From: Lama glama
Taxonomy: Eukaryota
Assembly (NCBI GenBank): GCA_028534125.1
Contig: CM052821.1
Coordinates: 28,458,001-28,522,000, forward strand
Direction of reading: 5' to 3'
Length of the DNA: 64,000 bases
Each line of letters opens with the position of its first letter. The stretch's first letter is position 1. Of the stretch, positions 62,890-64,000 are shown piece by piece. The notes beneath the pieces were generated by a model that had not been told where the DNA came from, did not search any database, and saw only the letters and a list, made by a program, of their open reading frames with translations. A program made the translations under genes and the position numbers.

Positions 62890-64000
62890 CTAGAGAAGAA
62901 GATGGGTATCTCACGTCTCCTAACCCCATACAGGGATCTCCACTTTGGTGTCTTCCATATTTCATAGAAGATTTATGATTACTTGGTAAAAAACAGATTG
63001 ATGATTGACTGATTGGCAGTCAGAGCGCTTTGTTTATTCTCTTTTGAGTCTTACGGGATTTTTAAAAAAGCAGCTACAATATCATTTTTAATTTATAAAG
63101 TCAGATCCCAGGATAAACAAATATTGTCCAAGGAACAAGAAGGAAGCCAAAATTTGTCAGTAGGTGACTGCAGGCTGGAACTGAAAGATCATCACCATCT
63201 AACCAGCCCTTCCTCTAATGGAGTTTATTACAACTGCTGTAAAACTGAATCATGGCCCAGAGGTTGATGGGAGGGAGAATGAAAAGGCAGCTGAGAATAC
63301 AAAACATCATAAGACGCTGAAATTCAATACTGTTAATTAGAGACTCCAGGTATGGTTAGTTAGCACCAAAAATAAATAGGTGCTATTTTGCATAAAAACT
63401 TAAAAAAATAATATTTATTTGCAATATAAACAAAGTCCTAATGCTGGTTCAGGATATATAAATAAATATATACATATATGTGTATATATAGGTACGTATA
63501 TATGTAAGGGTCACAGATTTTCCTTTGTAAGATCGTAAAGCAAAACTGGCCACTCTCTCAGCATACCCTCATTTACACAAATCTGATGTATCTTTCTGGG
63601 TTTTTCTTTTCACAAGTAAAAAAGTGAGAGAAAGAGAACCCTGAACGGCATGGAAGCTTTTTGCCAATTTCTTGACCACAGCAAGATTTTAACCCAGTGC
63701 CTTAAAGACTCCCTGAAAGCCACGCTGTGAGAAGATGCAGTGGGGCAGAGTCTGTTTGTTACTTTCATTTAAAATATTCAAATTATATGAACAACTTGGA
63801 AAATTATGATATAAACCACCTTTTCTACATACTTCCAGTCGCTTTTGTCTCACTTTTTTTCCCTCATGGGAGAAAAATTTTAATTGCTGTTGCAAAAACG
63901 TCTGTATGAAGTAGAAACTGGTTTCAATAACATTGGTAGGAGCATATGTTCTAGAAAGTGGAGGTAACTGGATGTAAAATCCTGGCAGCAGTTTAATATA

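Noticed and set aside
1-64000. CRISPR arrays, operons, rRNA or other prokaryotic/viral systems
   Set aside because: No regularly spaced repeats or gene-dense coding DNA; the window is mammalian, repeat-rich and largely non-coding.

Overview
Mammalian genomic DNA, probably camelid (two tRNA-Ala-derived Vic-1-type SINEs; no Alu, Bov-tA or PRE1 seen). No intact protein-coding ORF was recognised. A CpG-island promoter at ~4.9-6.8 kb carries a minus-strand first exon (donor TGG|GTAAGT at 6082) of a gene I could not identify, running off the left edge. Most of the rest is intergenic and rich in MIR, L2, L1, MLT1/LTR and hAT/Tigger/mariner relics. The main find is not visible as a single ORF: at ~12.4-15.9 kb on the minus strand, seven exon-like segments, whose testable junctions agree in reading phase, translate to a decayed, highly divergent paralogue of the GPR180/TMEM145 (GOLD + 7TM) family. 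It has dead splice sites, stops, a frameshift and deletions, so it is a candidate unitary pseudogene. The N runs look like length-preserving masks rather than assembly gaps. All repeat-family and protein-homology calls are by eye against remembered consensus sequences; no searches were run, and repeat boundaries are approximate.
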